Notes under the pieces: model-generated | The model's database searches: none | The model's input: only the letters and a program-made list of their open reading frames with translations | Told to the model about the DNA's origin: nothing | Shown here: in pieces, positions 23,957-36,186 of the stretch | How positions within the stretch are numbered: the first letter of the stretch is position 1 | Layout: each line of letters starts with the position of its first letter | Made by a program: the position numbers and the translations under genes | Origin: Octopus bimaculoides | Lineage: Eukaryota | Reading direction: 5' to 3' | Assembly (NCBI RefSeq): GCF_001194135.2 | Contig: NC_069003.1 | Coordinates: 27,560,858 to 27,601,628, forward strand | Length of the DNA stretch: 40,771 bases

Positions 23957-24360
23957 TAACAGCAATTTTAAGTAGGCTACAAGGGCCAGATAGTTGGGGA
24001 TATTATTTGGACGAAATAGAAAGTAGTGAGAAGGATTTTGCTTAAGAAGGATTTTGCTTGGGAATGATAATAACAGCAACAACACCAACAACAACATAAA
24101 AATTGATAAACATAATCGCTACTACTACTACTACTGCTACTGCTACTACTATTTTATTGTTATTAAAGCTATCAAAAACAACAGCAATAATAAAAACAAT
24201 AACGTCACTAGCAAAATATTCTTTATTTTGCAAAAATTCCTATGCATCCTCACACACACATACACACACACACATACATACACACACGCTCGCGCACGCA
24301 CACATTCACACACGCTCACTCACGCACTGATGCAAACGCACATACACACGCGGACAAGCA
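23200..24360. repeat. Compound microsatellite field: (CT)n, (CA)n, (CTA/CTG)n, (AAT)n, (AAC)n
   Basis: Direct inspection. This field is the source of the poly-S, poly-L and poly-HT pseudo-ORFs. Confidence 0.9.
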
Positions 24361-24920
24361 CATAAATATATGGACAATTTTGCGGCAATAAATTATAGTA
24401 GAATAGCTTATCGCACTCATTGAAAATTAATGACAGTATCGATGAATTGATCATCGATTTTATCGAGAGATATTTGGTCAAATTCGTGCCAAGAGCTGGA
24501 TAATTTCACATCCTGTTGTTACGAAGGGGGAACTGTTGGAGTTGACCGTATTAAATCCACTTTCTTGATGTATCCAAGCGTATCCATTACCTTAGGAACC
24601 AGAGAGAGAGAAAGAGAATCAGACAGACTGACAGAGAAAGAGAGGAGGAGAGAGAAAAAGACAGATAGAGAAAGAAAGATACAGAGAGACTCAGAGAGTA
24701 AGGGGGAAGGAGGGATAGGGAGAAAAAGATAGCGAAGGAGCCTTTTACAGGAGATAGTTCAACCTGATAGAAATCGCAACTAAATCTTCCACAAAATGAT
24801 ATCCTTACTATCTCTTGAGGATGTAGGAATTACATGCTGGATGATGGAGGGACCTACATAACTTATGCAAAAATCTTGGAACAGAAACATTCATCATATC
24901 AGTAGAAAGTTATGCACGTA

Positions 24921-25080
24921 TTCTTTTCTACTCTAGGCACAAGGCTCGAAACTGGTACTTAATTGATCGACAAAGGCAAAGTCGACCTCGGCGGTTTTTG
25001 AACTCAGAACGTAAAGACAGACGAAATACCGCTATGCTTTTCATCCGGCGTGCTAACGTTTCTGCCAGCTCGCTGCCTTA
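24921..25080 (-). mobile_element. SINE family B, internally deleted
   Basis: AAAGGCAAAGTCGACCTCGGCGG...GAACTCAGAACG...TCTGCCAGCTCGCTGCCTTA. Confidence 0.85.
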
Positions 25081-25271
25081 AAACACAACAAACCAGATAT
25101 CGTCTGGCGAAAGAGAGAACAGCAGTCAGGCACTGATATAGAAATCAGTTGCTAAGCGGATGTCATTGTATTGTCTAATGTTCTGGAGAAAGGTAGCATC
25201 TATAGCGAACTTAGGAGGAACTTATAACTCTTGTATCGGAGCTATAGACTTTCATTCGTACACATCATCAT

Positions 25272-25524
25272 AGGCGTAGTGAGCTATCACGATCGTATGG
25301 TCATGAGTTCGATTCCCGGTAGCACGTTGTGTTCTCGAGCGAGGCACTTTATTTTACGTTGCTCCAGTCCACTCGGCTGGTAAAAGTGAGTTGTACCTGT
25401 AATTCAAAGGTGTAACCTTGTCGCATTCCGTGTCGTGTTGAATCTTCCTGAGAACTACATTGAGCATGTTGTTGCGATGATCGAATCAGCTGGAACACTC
25501 GTCGTTATAACCGACGGAGTGCCA
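25272..25524 (+). mobile_element. SINE family C with deletions
   Basis: GAGTTCGATTCCCGG...GCTCCAGTCCACTCGGCTGG...AACCGACGGAGTGCCA. Confidence 0.85.
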
Positions 25525-25714
25525 GTAGTATTAGTAAGCTGTTTAAGATTAAAGCCTCGAAATGCAGGAATTTCCAAGGAAACAAAGCAATGAGATGAAT
25601 CTACGAAATTCAATCGGTTAGTGGCAACGTGGATATCCGTAAAATATTTCTGAAATTCTGAAAGAGAGTGAGAGAGATAAATGAATAGATAGATAGATAG
25701 ATAGATATGTGTAT

Positions 25715-25930
25715 GTGTGTGTCCCGGCCGCTTCAAAGTGGGTGTTGGTTTGTTTACGCCTCTGTAATATAGCTGTTCGACACAAGGAACCGATAGCACA
25801 TGTACCAGAATTTATAAGAAAATAAATCCTGGGATCGATTTGTTCGATTAAAATTCTTCAAGGCGGTGCTCCAGCATGGCCGCAGTCCAATGTCTGAAAC
25901 AAGTAAAGAATAAAAGCTAAAAGATAAAGA
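25715..25930 (+). mobile_element. SINE family A, 3' half
   Basis: AAGGCGGTGCTCCAGCATGGCCGCAGTC...CTGAAACAAGTAAAGA. Confidence 0.8.
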
Positions 25931-26319
25931 ACAAATATCCATTAACACTCATAGAAATACATAGAAATGCATACAAGCATAAATATTTATCATGATCTAC
26001 CTATTGATCTTTCTAATTAATTCTGAAACTTGTAGAGTAATAATGCTTCTCAACCACATAATGATTAAGAAATCAATAACTTTGTACTTTACCTCTCTAT
26101 TGATTCTTCGATCCAGTCATTTTCTTGTAGTATGAGACTCTTCTTCATATCCATCCATCTATACAGTCTATCTAAACTACCTCCTTGCCGGCACTCCCTC
26201 CCCCAAATCATTCATCTACTTAAACATCCAATCAGTAGCGAGTCCATTTAGTAATTAATCCAGAAATCCATCTATATATTAATCTATCCATCGATCTAGC
26301 TATCAATTCATTCATTCAT

Positions 26320-26420
26320 TCATCCATCTAACAAGACATCTATCCATCCATCCATCCATTCAGCCAGCCAGCCAGCCAGCTAGCCAGCCAGCTAGCCAGC
26401 CAGCTAGCCAGCCAGCTGGG
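26320..26420. repeat. (CATC)n grading into (CAGC)n/(CTAG) tetranucleotide repeat
   Basis: Direct inspection. Confidence 0.85.
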
Positions 26421-26868
26421 CAGCCAGTAATCCAGTCTGTTCTATAATATCACAACACTAATTTCGTCTCTATTCAATTTACTGGTTTCAGTCATCAGAA
26501 AGCTGGCGTAGCTTGACATCGAGTTCATGGATTAATAGTTGAACGTTTCGATCACGTTCTGTTGCTTGTTGTTTCTACTCTGTTCGTTGAATGGCTTGGT
26601 TTTAGGTTAGGTGTGAAGGAAAATGGCTCAATGGGTCATATTACACCATTTTACTCAAACACACACTTATACACACGAGTGAATGTATGTCCTCATTCAT
26701 GTACGTATACAGATACGCACACACACACACACACGCATACGTACGCACACACACACACACACACACACGCATACGTACGCACACACACATACCTATAAAT
26801 AATTAAATACATATGTGTGTGTGTGTGTGTGTGTGTGTGCCTTTTATCTTTTGCTTACATTTTTAAAG

Positions 26869-26905
<37 letters not shown>

Positions 26906-27109
26906 AATATGAAGTATGTATATTTAATATATATACATATGTATAATATATATATATATATATAAATATGTGTGTGTATGTATAGATATGTGTATATATA
27001 TATATATATAAATGATATATGTATATAAATATAAAATATATAATATAATATAATGGATATATACATTATATTATGTATATATACATTATATACTAGTTGC
27101 TCACATGTG

Positions 27110-27480
27110 ACCAATGGCTATCATCTTTCTTCTACTTCCTTTCTAACGACAAGACGTGCTTTTGCCTGTCTCTTCTCAAAGTTCGTTTTTCCAGCGTTCA
27201 CCACTTCACATCGTCTTGGCTTAACAAGCTTCCCCGTTTGTTTTCACTGTTTTGTTCTTACTGTTCTGTTTTTGTTACCACTTTAACCCTCCGCAAAAAA
27301 AAGAAGAAAAATCCCAAATTTTATTTAATTTGCTTTGCGGGAAGGACGGTTTTAACGAAACGCGGAGTAGATAAAACAGGGGACAACTGATGAAATCTTT
27401 TGATAGAAGTGTAAATATTTTATGCTTTTTCGTTATAAAGTCCACGCAATATTTTATTCTTTTGTTTTTAATATATACAT
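27110..27480 (+). mobile_element. Penelope-like remnant with split hammerhead motifs
   Basis: GAAACGCGGAGT at 27357 and CTGATGA at 27387. Similar to 9081-9230. Confidence 0.35.
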
Positions 27481-27485
27481 ACATA

Positions 27486-27653
27486 AAGGCGGAAAGCTGG
27501 AATTTCGTCCATCTTCACGTTTTGAGTTCAAATTCTGTCGAGATCGACTCTGCCTGTCCGTATCGATAGAATAAGTATCAGTTGAGCACTAGAGTCGATG
27601 TAATCGACTTAACTTCTCTCCTGAACTTGCTGACTTTGTGCTAAAATATGAAA
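27486..27653 (+). mobile_element. SINE family B, copy 1 of a tandem pair
   Basis: AAGGCGG-AAAGCTGG...TTTGAGTTCAAATTC...GTCGATGTAATCGAC. Confidence 0.75.
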
Positions 27654-27656
27654 GTG

Positions 27657-27870
27657 GAAGGTGACGAGCTGGTAGAATCGTTAACACGCCGGACAAAATG
27701 CTTTGCGAGACTTCACCCGTCTTCACGTTTTGAGTTCAAATTCTGCCGCGGTTAAATTTGCCTTTCATCCTTTGGAGTCGATAAAAATAAGTGCCAGGGT
27801 TGATGTAATCGACTAGTCCTCTCCCCAAGACGACTAGTCTTCTCCTGTGTGCCTATAGTAGAAAGGAATA
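27657..27870 (+). mobile_element. SINE family B, copy 2 of a tandem pair
   Basis: AAGGTGACGAGCTGGTAGAATCGTTAACACGCCGG...TTTGCCTTTCATCCTTT...GATGTAATCGAC. Confidence 0.85.
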
Positions 27871-27959
27871 CATACTTATATAAATAAATGCATGCATGTA
27901 AGTCTGTACAAACGCTCTGAAAGTTCAAGAAGTTTTTGTGTGTGAATCTGGTAACATTG

Positions 27960-28260
27960 CACGACACAGAACCCACTTTTCAGCGGAGTCAGCTATAACA
28001 ACAGTGGCACAACAGATCCCGACTGCACTTCAGATATTGTATAGGAATTTACCTTCTATTAGAAGGAGGTTCTGGCGAGAACTAGGGGTCTTTCAGTCTC
28101 ATTCGTTCGTATGTTTGCTAAACCGTAACTGGGGCCCTAACGAGCGCAATGGGAATAACAGTGGTTAAGAGGTAGTTCCACATTCCTCAAAACCCCGAAA
28201 CTCCGAAACTCCCGTACAAAGGTCCCACTACCGGATGCAGTTTAAAGTCATACCCAGGAC
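27960..28260 (+). mobile_element. Probable degraded LINE 3' end (RTE-like)
   Basis: LYRNLPSIRRR resembles an RTE ORF C-terminal segment. It ends CCGGATGCAGTTTAAAGTCATACCCAGGAC before a microsatellite. The family is recalled, not searched. Confidence 0.4.
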
Positions 28261-28309
28261 ATACATACTCACACACATGCATAAATACATACACATATGT
28301 GCGTATGTT

Positions 28310-28530
28310 ATTTCTTTATTGCCCACCAGGGGCTAAATATTGAGGGGACAAACAAGGACAGACAAAAGGATTAAGTAGATTAGATCGACCCCATGCGTAA
28401 CTGGTACTTAATTTATCGACCCCGAAAGGATGAAACGCAATGTCGACCTCGGCGGAATTTGAACTCAGAACGTAACGGCAGACGAAATACCGCTAAGCAT
28501 TTCGCCCGACGTGCTAGCGTTTCTGCCATC
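28310..28530 (-). mobile_element. SINE family B, young copy with 16-bp flanking direct repeat
   Basis: Closest match to the family pattern. ACATATGTGCGTATGT occurs at 28293-28308 and 28539-28554. Confidence 0.92.
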
Positions 28531-29149
28531 TAGCACGGACATATGTGCGTATGTGTGTGCTAGAGTGAGAGAAAGANNNNNNNNNNNNNNNNNNNNNNNN
28601 NNNNNNNNNNNNNNNNNNNNNNNNNNNNNNNNNNNNNNNNNNNNNNNNNNNNNNNNNNNNNNNNNNNNNNNNNNNNNNNNNNNNNNNNNNNNNNNNNNNN
28701 NNNNNNNNNNNNNNNNNNNNNNNNNNNNNNNNNNNNNNNNNNNNNNNNNNNNNNNNNNNNNNNNNNNNNNNNNNNNNNNNNNNNNNNNNNNNNNNNNNNN
28801 NNNNNNNNNNNNNNNNNNNNNNNNNNNNNNNNNNNNNNNNNNNNNNNNNNNNNNNNNNNNNNNNNNNNNNNNNNNNNNNNNNNNNNNNNNNNNNNNNNNN
28901 NNNNNNNNNNNNNNNNNNNNNNNNNNNNNNNNNNNNNNNNNNNNNNNNNNNNNNNNNNNNNNNNNNNNNNNNNNNNNNNNNNNNNNNNNNNNNNNNNNNN
29001 NNNNNNNNNNNTGGATGCATTATATGAATTATATATATATATATATATTCATATATTTATGTATATGTACATATATATATTCATATATGTATGTATATCT
29101 ACATATATGTACATATATATATTCATTTATGTATGTATATCTACATATA

Positions 29150-29193
<44 letters not shown>

Positions 29194-29771
29194 TACACGT
29201 AGACACACACACACAGATGTGTATGTGTCTATGAATTAACACATATATTTCTGACAAAATGTATTCATTTATCTTATTTATACGCGTATAATGCACATAA
29301 TACGCAAATAATGAATAACACGGAGCGAAATATACAACGTTTGATCATGCATTTTCAGACGGCGTCAACTAAAAAAATGCTATCCCTTTTTTGCTGACAC
29401 ACAGTTGCGAGCACACATGCCTGTGTCTGTATACATGCATACGTGCATATACATACATACGTACATAAATGCGTAGATATATATATATATATATATATAT
29501 ATATNNNNNNNNNNCACACACATTTATATACACATTTGCTTATGTATATCTAACTATATCTATCTAAGTATCTGTCTATCTACATACACACACACACACG
29601 CACGCCGCACACATATATATACACATACATATACACATACATATACACATATATGATAAACATGAGTGTGTAGGTGTATGTATAGATGCACAAGATAAAG
29701 TATATATTGAAATAGATTATATGGAACTACGTATATATTCAAACAAATACTTGGAACAATCTAGACGTGTG

Positions 29772-29805
<34 letters not shown>

Positions 29806-29921
29806 AGAGATTACATACATACATATATTTGTATGTATATGTTTGAAAATGCAGTTACGTATGTAAATATCTATTTACATCGATCGCTAGCAGCACATAC
29901 AGATACATATGTAGACGCACG

Positions 29922-29953
<32 letters not shown>

Positions 29954-30139
29954 TGGTTGAATGGTTAACTATACTGATCAGTGAATTGAACAAAATAAAG
30001 GTTAATAGATGACTGTTTTGAAAGCCTTCCCCCACGTCATAAATTGAAGACCATATGCATGTGATCAGTTATATAGAACTGAAAGAAGCAGACACTGAAA
30101 ATTCACTTGCGCCAACATTACATCTCGTAAAGGAGCCAT

Positions 30140-30330
30140 TGAGCTAAACTGTTGAGATAACTGACTTGCAAGAGATAACTGCTAAATCTGCCTTAATCAC
30201 ACCTTACCGTCTGAACAATTGAAGGAAATATTGAATACTCATTCTCTAGATACGATGTTGTTGAAAGAAAAAAAAAAAACAGAGATAGTCACAGAGATAG
30301 TTTGAACTCGTTAGGCCATAGATTTTATCA
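30140..30330 (+). repeat. Dispersed repeat fragment related to 6300-6450
   Basis: GCTAAATCTGCCTTAATCACACCTTACCGTC motif. Confidence 0.35.
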
Positions 30331-30748
30331 GTTTGGAGTAATAACGGTGGTTAACTAATAAGAACAACAGAAAATGACAAAGTTGAAAAACCAACGAAAT
30401 ATATTTAGGGAATGTCTTATCAAATTTAAAGATTTTGGATGAGAAATTGAAGCCGAAAAGTTTGCAATAATTCAAGGAGACCAAAACAGACACACCTCAC
30501 CTGCCGGACTTGCTCCGAGTAACAGTTTTTTGTTATATTTCTGCTGCTTTTAAATAAAGCATATTACTCTACCTCTGGTATTTGAGTACTCTTTTTTCCA
30601 CCTTGTTGCACATTTATGTGCTTGCTCCGGTATATACATAAATATACATGTACGTATGTGTGTGTTTATACCCATCTATGCGTACTTATGGTTTGTAGGT
30701 ATATATTTTACATCCACATATCCAAATATATCTTTATTTTCATATATT

Positions 30749-30795
<47 letters not shown>

Positions 30796-31539
30796 TATAT
30801 ATATATATGTACGTACCTATATACATGTATGTATCTGTAAATATATATGACGCCTGAACCATTCTTTTCATATTCTAATGCAGGATTTAAAAGACATTAA
30901 ATCAACAAAACGTAGAACAAAATCTGAAAGTGCTTCGATTTGCATAAATTTACATATAAAAATCTCAGACATTCTAAAAGAAATGAAAATGATTATACAA
31001 CGTCTGTCGTTCTCGCATCCTCTCTCTAACTCCCTATGTCTTTTTTTCCAGCTCTTTCTCTCTCACTCTACACGTACATACATACATACATACATACGTT
31101 CATACATTCATATGTATATATATATATTTATATATACGTGTGTGTGTATATATATACATGTGTGTGTGTGTTCTTTCTTTGTTTATCCCTCACCTCTTTT
31201 ATTCAAACCAACGTCTGTATCCTTATTTTAAAGAAAGGCACTTCTGTTTTTGCTTTTTCTGCATTTCTTTCTTTTTTTCTTTCATTGTTTTTCTTTTTCT
31301 TTCTTTGTTTCTTTTTCTCGATGATACTCACCTCTGCCCCCACACCTTCCCGCCCATTCTAATACTTCTGCATAAACGTGCTCTCTCTCTATGTTTTTGT
31401 AACTGTTTTATTCATTCTGTCTCTCTCTTATCCTTTCACTTGCTTACACACCAACTCACATACAAACACACATACACACGCAAACACACACACATATGAA
31501 TGTGTGTGTGTATGTATGTATGCAAGTTTGTAAGTATGC

Positions 31540-31604
<65 letters not shown>

Positions 31605-32561
31605 CATACGTACATACATACATACATACATACATATAATTATAGTACCTCTGGCTACTAACGTACCAAAGTTCCATATTCGACTCCAGGAATTTGAACT
31701 TTTTTACACTGTCTGCAAATCGATATTATCTCTGTCTTTCTGTTCATTATTGCTGTGGCGGGCTGTTTGATATTATAGCTCTGAGTCAAATATAAATCAC
31801 AGTCTTCTGATCTATTATTAATATAAAGAAAAGCTCAAGTTCAGAGAGACCCTTGAAAATCAGTATGCTCATTCCTAACTCATATTTTTTTTAAATGTAC
31901 TTCGAAAGAGGGAAAGCTGTAGGGGTCTTTTTTATTATGACTGTGCTTGGAATAGTGCATATGCTGGGATATTCTTTTTTTTTAAATGAGTCTTCTATTA
32001 AGACGATGTATGATACAGTAATGCTGCCATCTTTTGTTTTGGTGGTTTGCTGCAAATGTAGCAGCCTTCACTGGTTAGCCATGGGAAACGATAGTTCTTT
32101 CTGACGATTGCTTCTGTGATTAAGTAAGGAAAGTATTCATGTTACACATAAGTGTTAGCTTTTGCATTGTTTTTTATTGAATAAACAATGAGGTTTGTTG
32201 CCTTCGTGTTTATTGATTAAGGAGTGATATGGTTTTCGCACTCAACAGAAAAAAACGTTCTTGCTAGAGGCTGGCTTGATCAGAACGTATCTTCCCTTTT
32301 TCTGGCGCATGTTTTTATTTATTTATATATCTATTTCTTTATCAACTATGTCTTGCTTTAAAGTGTCTAACTTCAGTTATTCTGTTTCTGAAATAATTAT
32401 GCATGAGTGCCTGATTTTGTTTGTTTTCGGCCTCGTGAAAGTGTTTTCATCAAATCATCGAAAGAGAGACTGTTTATGCGTCTGTTTATCTGTTTATGTC
32501 TGTCTGTCTGTCTCTCTCTCTCTCTTCTCTCTTTCTCTATATATATATGGTGCTTGACCTA

Positions 32562-32610
<49 letters not shown>

Positions 32611-33370
32611 CGCTGAGGTCTCTTCTTGGAGACAACGAGTAACCATGTACTCCCGCTCCTCTCAGCCATGGTCGAGTCGTCGGTGACTAAACCGGCTCCC
32701 CTCTTGGTTCAGCTTGCTGGATCTTGCAGGAGGGTGTGAAGGCACCCATCAGAACTAAAAACAAGATCTGTTCAAACAAAGGCACAAGAGTGCTGTCCTT
32801 GTCTCTCACCACACCAAACTAAGACCCCTGTGGTGTATCAAGCGGTGTAAGCTAGATCTCCGAACTCAACGATTGATTCTAGCGGAAGAGGGCGATACCA
32901 GACGGACTGGCTAGAAAGGCGCAAGTCTAATGACATTGGAGTCAGCGACACTCCGTTGCAACCCATCTTCCGGACCTCGCATGTCACTCAAGGTAGTGCC
33001 GTGGCAAAAGGATTTTGAGCCATAGTGCCTTGGCAAAGTGATCTCCACCTGAAACAAACTCACGCCTTTGGCTGGTTTCTTTTTGATCCAACTCTTCCTT
33101 TCCCATTTTTTGTCTACAAAAGCCTAAAGACGATGGGGTAAGGACGGTGGGAGCAGGTTTGGTGAAACTAGAAGCTCTTAATCCGGACTTGCACGTCGGC
33201 AGCAGATGTAAGACGGTCGCCTTCCTGGGACCTGGTGCGAACCCAGAGGCTCGGTCCTATATCTGCGACTGGGCAGGCCTATTTGGGGACACCACTGCTC
33301 ATCCTGAACGGAGAAGGCCCTAGCTTGACCCAACGAAACGTGCCTTGACTACAAATCCGTAACCTCGCTG
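32611..33370 (+). mobile_element. GC-rich insertion next to (TA)n, possibly the 5' UTR of an RTE-clade LINE
   Basis: Abrupt rise to roughly 50% GC directly after a (TA)n run, no long ORF, and a highly structured left terminus. Strand and family are uncertain. Confidence 0.4.
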
Positions 33371-33559
33371 CGCATCAGATAAATCGATTTTTTAAATTTT
33401 TTAAATTTCCAATTAACTTTCTTAAACTTAGTTAAAATTGCATATACTTTATGTTAAAATATTCGTTGTATTATATATAACCTTTCTTTTCATATCAATT
33501 TTATAGCATAATAATTAATAATTATAATAATAATACAATCCTTTTAAGATATTTTTCTC

Positions 33560-34037
33560 AAGAACCACTTCATCTTCACATTTCAGTCACCTGCTCTTAT
33601 TTATTCTCTCCTACTCTTCCCTCTCCCTCTCCTACTTATATTCTCTTCCCCTTTCTATCAGTCGTCCCCTCTTTATATATCTATCTTCCTATCTGCCTGT
33701 CTGTCTAACTCTCTCTACCTTTCCCTCTGTCTATTCTGCTTTCTCTTCTCTTTCCCACTTCCTCTTTCTATGTTTGTTTACTCTCTTTTCAACTTATTTT
33801 ACTCTTACTTGTTCTCTCCCACTCTTTTTCTTTCTATGTTTATTTACTCTCTCTCCTTTCTATCAGCCATCCCCTCTTTATATATTTCTCTCTCTCTTTC
33901 CCTCTGTGTCTTTCTATCAGTCACCCCTCTTTATATTTCTCTCTCTATCTCTCTCTCTCTCTCTCTCAGTCTTTCCTTCTGTCGCTTTTGTTTGCTTTTC
34001 TTTCTCTCAGTCTCCCTCTTTCTATGTTTGCTTACAG
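33560..34037 (+). promoter_or_regulatory. Very long polypyrimidine tract ending in a 3' splice site
   Basis: About 480 nt of C/T-rich sequence ending TTTGCTTACAG (AG at 34036-34037). Confidence 0.55.
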
Positions 34038-34619
34038 CCCATACTCCTACTACCACCAAAATTCGCCGTATACAGAAAGGTAAATATAATACGTTCCCTC
34101 TCTGAAATAGTAAAAGCATTCACAAAAATTTGGTGGAACCTGAACAAACATAACACCAACGACACAAACAACAACAACAGCAACAACAATAATAATACCT
34201 TCGAACACGTTGACAATAAAAGCAACAGCAACAGTAAAGGTAACTTCACAAACGGTCGCTACAACAAGAAGAACTACAACAACAACAACCACCGCCACCG
34301 CCACCATCACGATGACAACATGAACGAACGCACAAACACAAAAAAGATACAAGAACAATATCAAAGTAAGGATCAAGACCAGCTGGAACAACAAGAGAAA
34401 AAAATTCAGGTGAAGGGAAGGCCAACGTACCAAAGATTGATGCCAACTGGGAGCAACAATAATGGCAACAGCAACAATAATAATAGCGACAACGATGTTG
34501 TGGAGAGGAAAGAACACGCACACAGAGAAAGACACAAACAAGCTAAACTAAGGCGCCAGAATAGCAGCAGTGAAGGAAATGAAGTGAGAGGTGGGGGTCA
34601 GCAGAATGGAAGACAATAG
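34038..34619 (+). CDS. Candidate terminal coding exon encoding an Asn/His/Gln-rich low-complexity region of an unidentified protein
   Basis: 194 codons are open from the acceptor to TAG. Roughly 25-30 stop triplets counted by eye all fall in the other two frames, and AAT runs read as Asn. An internal donor AAG|GTAAAT at 34079/34080 gives an alternative 42-nt exon. Confidence 0.55.
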   Translation, partial: PILLLPPKFAVYRKVNIIRSLSEIVKAFTKIWWNLNKHNTNDTNNNNSNNNNNTFEHVDNKSNSNSKGNFTNGRYNKKNYNNNNHRHRHHHDDNMNERTNTKKIQEQYQSKDQDQLEQQEKKIQVKGRPTYQRLMPTGSNNNGNSNNNNSDNDVVERKEHAHRERHKQAKLRRQNSSSEGNEVRGGGQQNGRQ

Positions 34620-34639
34620 CTATGAGTATAACGATAGTA

Positions 34640-34797
34640 AGTGCAGCTGTGTGGTAAGTAGCTTGCTTACCAACCACATGGTTCTGGGTTCAGTCCCACT
34701 GCCCTGGCACCTTGGGCAAGTGTCTTCTACTATAGCCTCGGGCCGACCAAAGCCTTGTCAGTGGATTTGGTAGACGGAAACTGAAAGAATTCGGTCG
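34640..34797 (+). mobile_element. SINE family A, 5' half, low divergence
   Basis: GCTGTGTGGTAAGTAGCTTGCTTACCAACCACATGGTTCTGGGTTCAGTCCC...GGAAACTGAAAGAA. Confidence 0.92.
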
Positions 34798-34816
34798 TAT
34801 ATATATATATATATGT

Positions 34817-34862
34817 ATGTGGTTGGTAAGCAAGCTACTTACCACACAGCCACTCCTACGCC
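34817..34862 (-). mobile_element. SINE family A, head fragment inverted relative to 34640
   Basis: Reverse complement GGCGTAGGAGTGGCTGTGTGGTAAGTAGCTTGCTTACCAACCACAT. Confidence 0.9.
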
Positions 34863-35431
34863 TATATATATATATATATATATTTACATACACACACACA
34901 CATGCATAAGGATGTTTATATTATCATATAACTTTCGTATCTCTTAGTTTATTATAATTATTAATCTCTCTGCCTCTCTCTCTTGCTTTCTCTCTATTTC
35001 CATTTCTCTCTCTCTCCTTTTCTTCCCCTTCTCTCGCTCTCTGTATATATATATGTGTGTGTGTGTGTACGTATGTGCGATTATATAAGTATGTGTTATA
35101 TAGGAATTCGTAAAGCTATCTGTATAGATATATTTTTTGTGTGTGTATATATATATGTGTGTGTGTAAGTATAAACACATACAGAGGGACACGTTCAACG
35201 TACGCACACGCAAACAAAAGTGTATTTGTATATACACCCAACTATTTATCTTTCAGTTTATCTTCTTGTCTGTCAATATTCGGTGTCAAAATCCATTTAA
35301 AAGTTGTTTAGTTACTTTTGACGCCAAAAAAGACGTTGTTTTATCTCTGATGTCTGACGTAAGATAAAAGTCAAACAAACAAATTCTTAGCAAACAGAAT
35401 AAATAGAACTTATTGGTGGAATAACCCCGAC

Positions 35432-35595
<164 letters not shown>

Positions 35596-35916
35596 CATTC
35601 CCTTCTCTTTCTGTCACTCACTTCACCCTTGTTTCTACCTATGTTTATGATTAACAGAAACCAATTTAAGTTTCATAAACAATTTTATTTTTCTATGTAA
35701 TGAAAAACAAGAAAGAACACAAAACTTTATTTAGAAACCGCGAGGGTTGATTCATACAAAACAGCGCAGAAGAGAAAGAGACATTGGTGCCATACTATCG
35801 TGAGTTCAATTTCAGTTGTGATAGCTTTTCCTTAGCTATTCTTTCATGGAAATGAACGGAGAAAACATGTTAACGAATAAAAAAGTGGATATAATTATCC
35901 TTCTGCATTCGCTTTC

Positions 35917-36070
35917 TGGCTGTGTGATAAGTAGCTTGCTTACGAACCATATGGTTCCGGGTTCAGTCCCACTGCGTGGCAAGTTGGGCAAGTGTCTTCT
36001 ACTATAGCCTCGGGCCGATCAAAGACCTGTGAGTGGATTTGGTCGACAGAAACTGAAAGAAGCCCGTCGT

Positions 36071-36115
<45 letters not shown>

Positions 36116-36186
36116 CGTGTGTGTATACGTTTGTGTGTGTATACGTTTCTGTGTCTGTGTGTGTCTCTCCAACATCGCTTGACAAG
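35917..36186 (+). mobile_element. SINE family A, 5' half plus internal microsatellite and start of 3' half
   Basis: TGGCTGTGTGATAAGTAGCTTGC...GAAGCCCGTCG...CATCGCTTGACAA. Confidence 0.9.

Noticed and set aside
24478-24590. Minus-strand open frame after a pyrimidine tract (GNGYAWIHQESGF...)
   Set aside because: Only ~37 codons to a stop, no good donor and no recognisable motif.
32101-32150. CTGACGA...GGAAAGTATTC possible hammerhead
   Set aside because: Helix II register needs a bulge, and helices I and III do not form.
31895-32480. Possible degraded RLE-LINE zinc-knuckle region on the minus strand (CYICSK...VSYIV...KKEY)
   Set aside because: The similarity is too fragmentary to support without a profile search.
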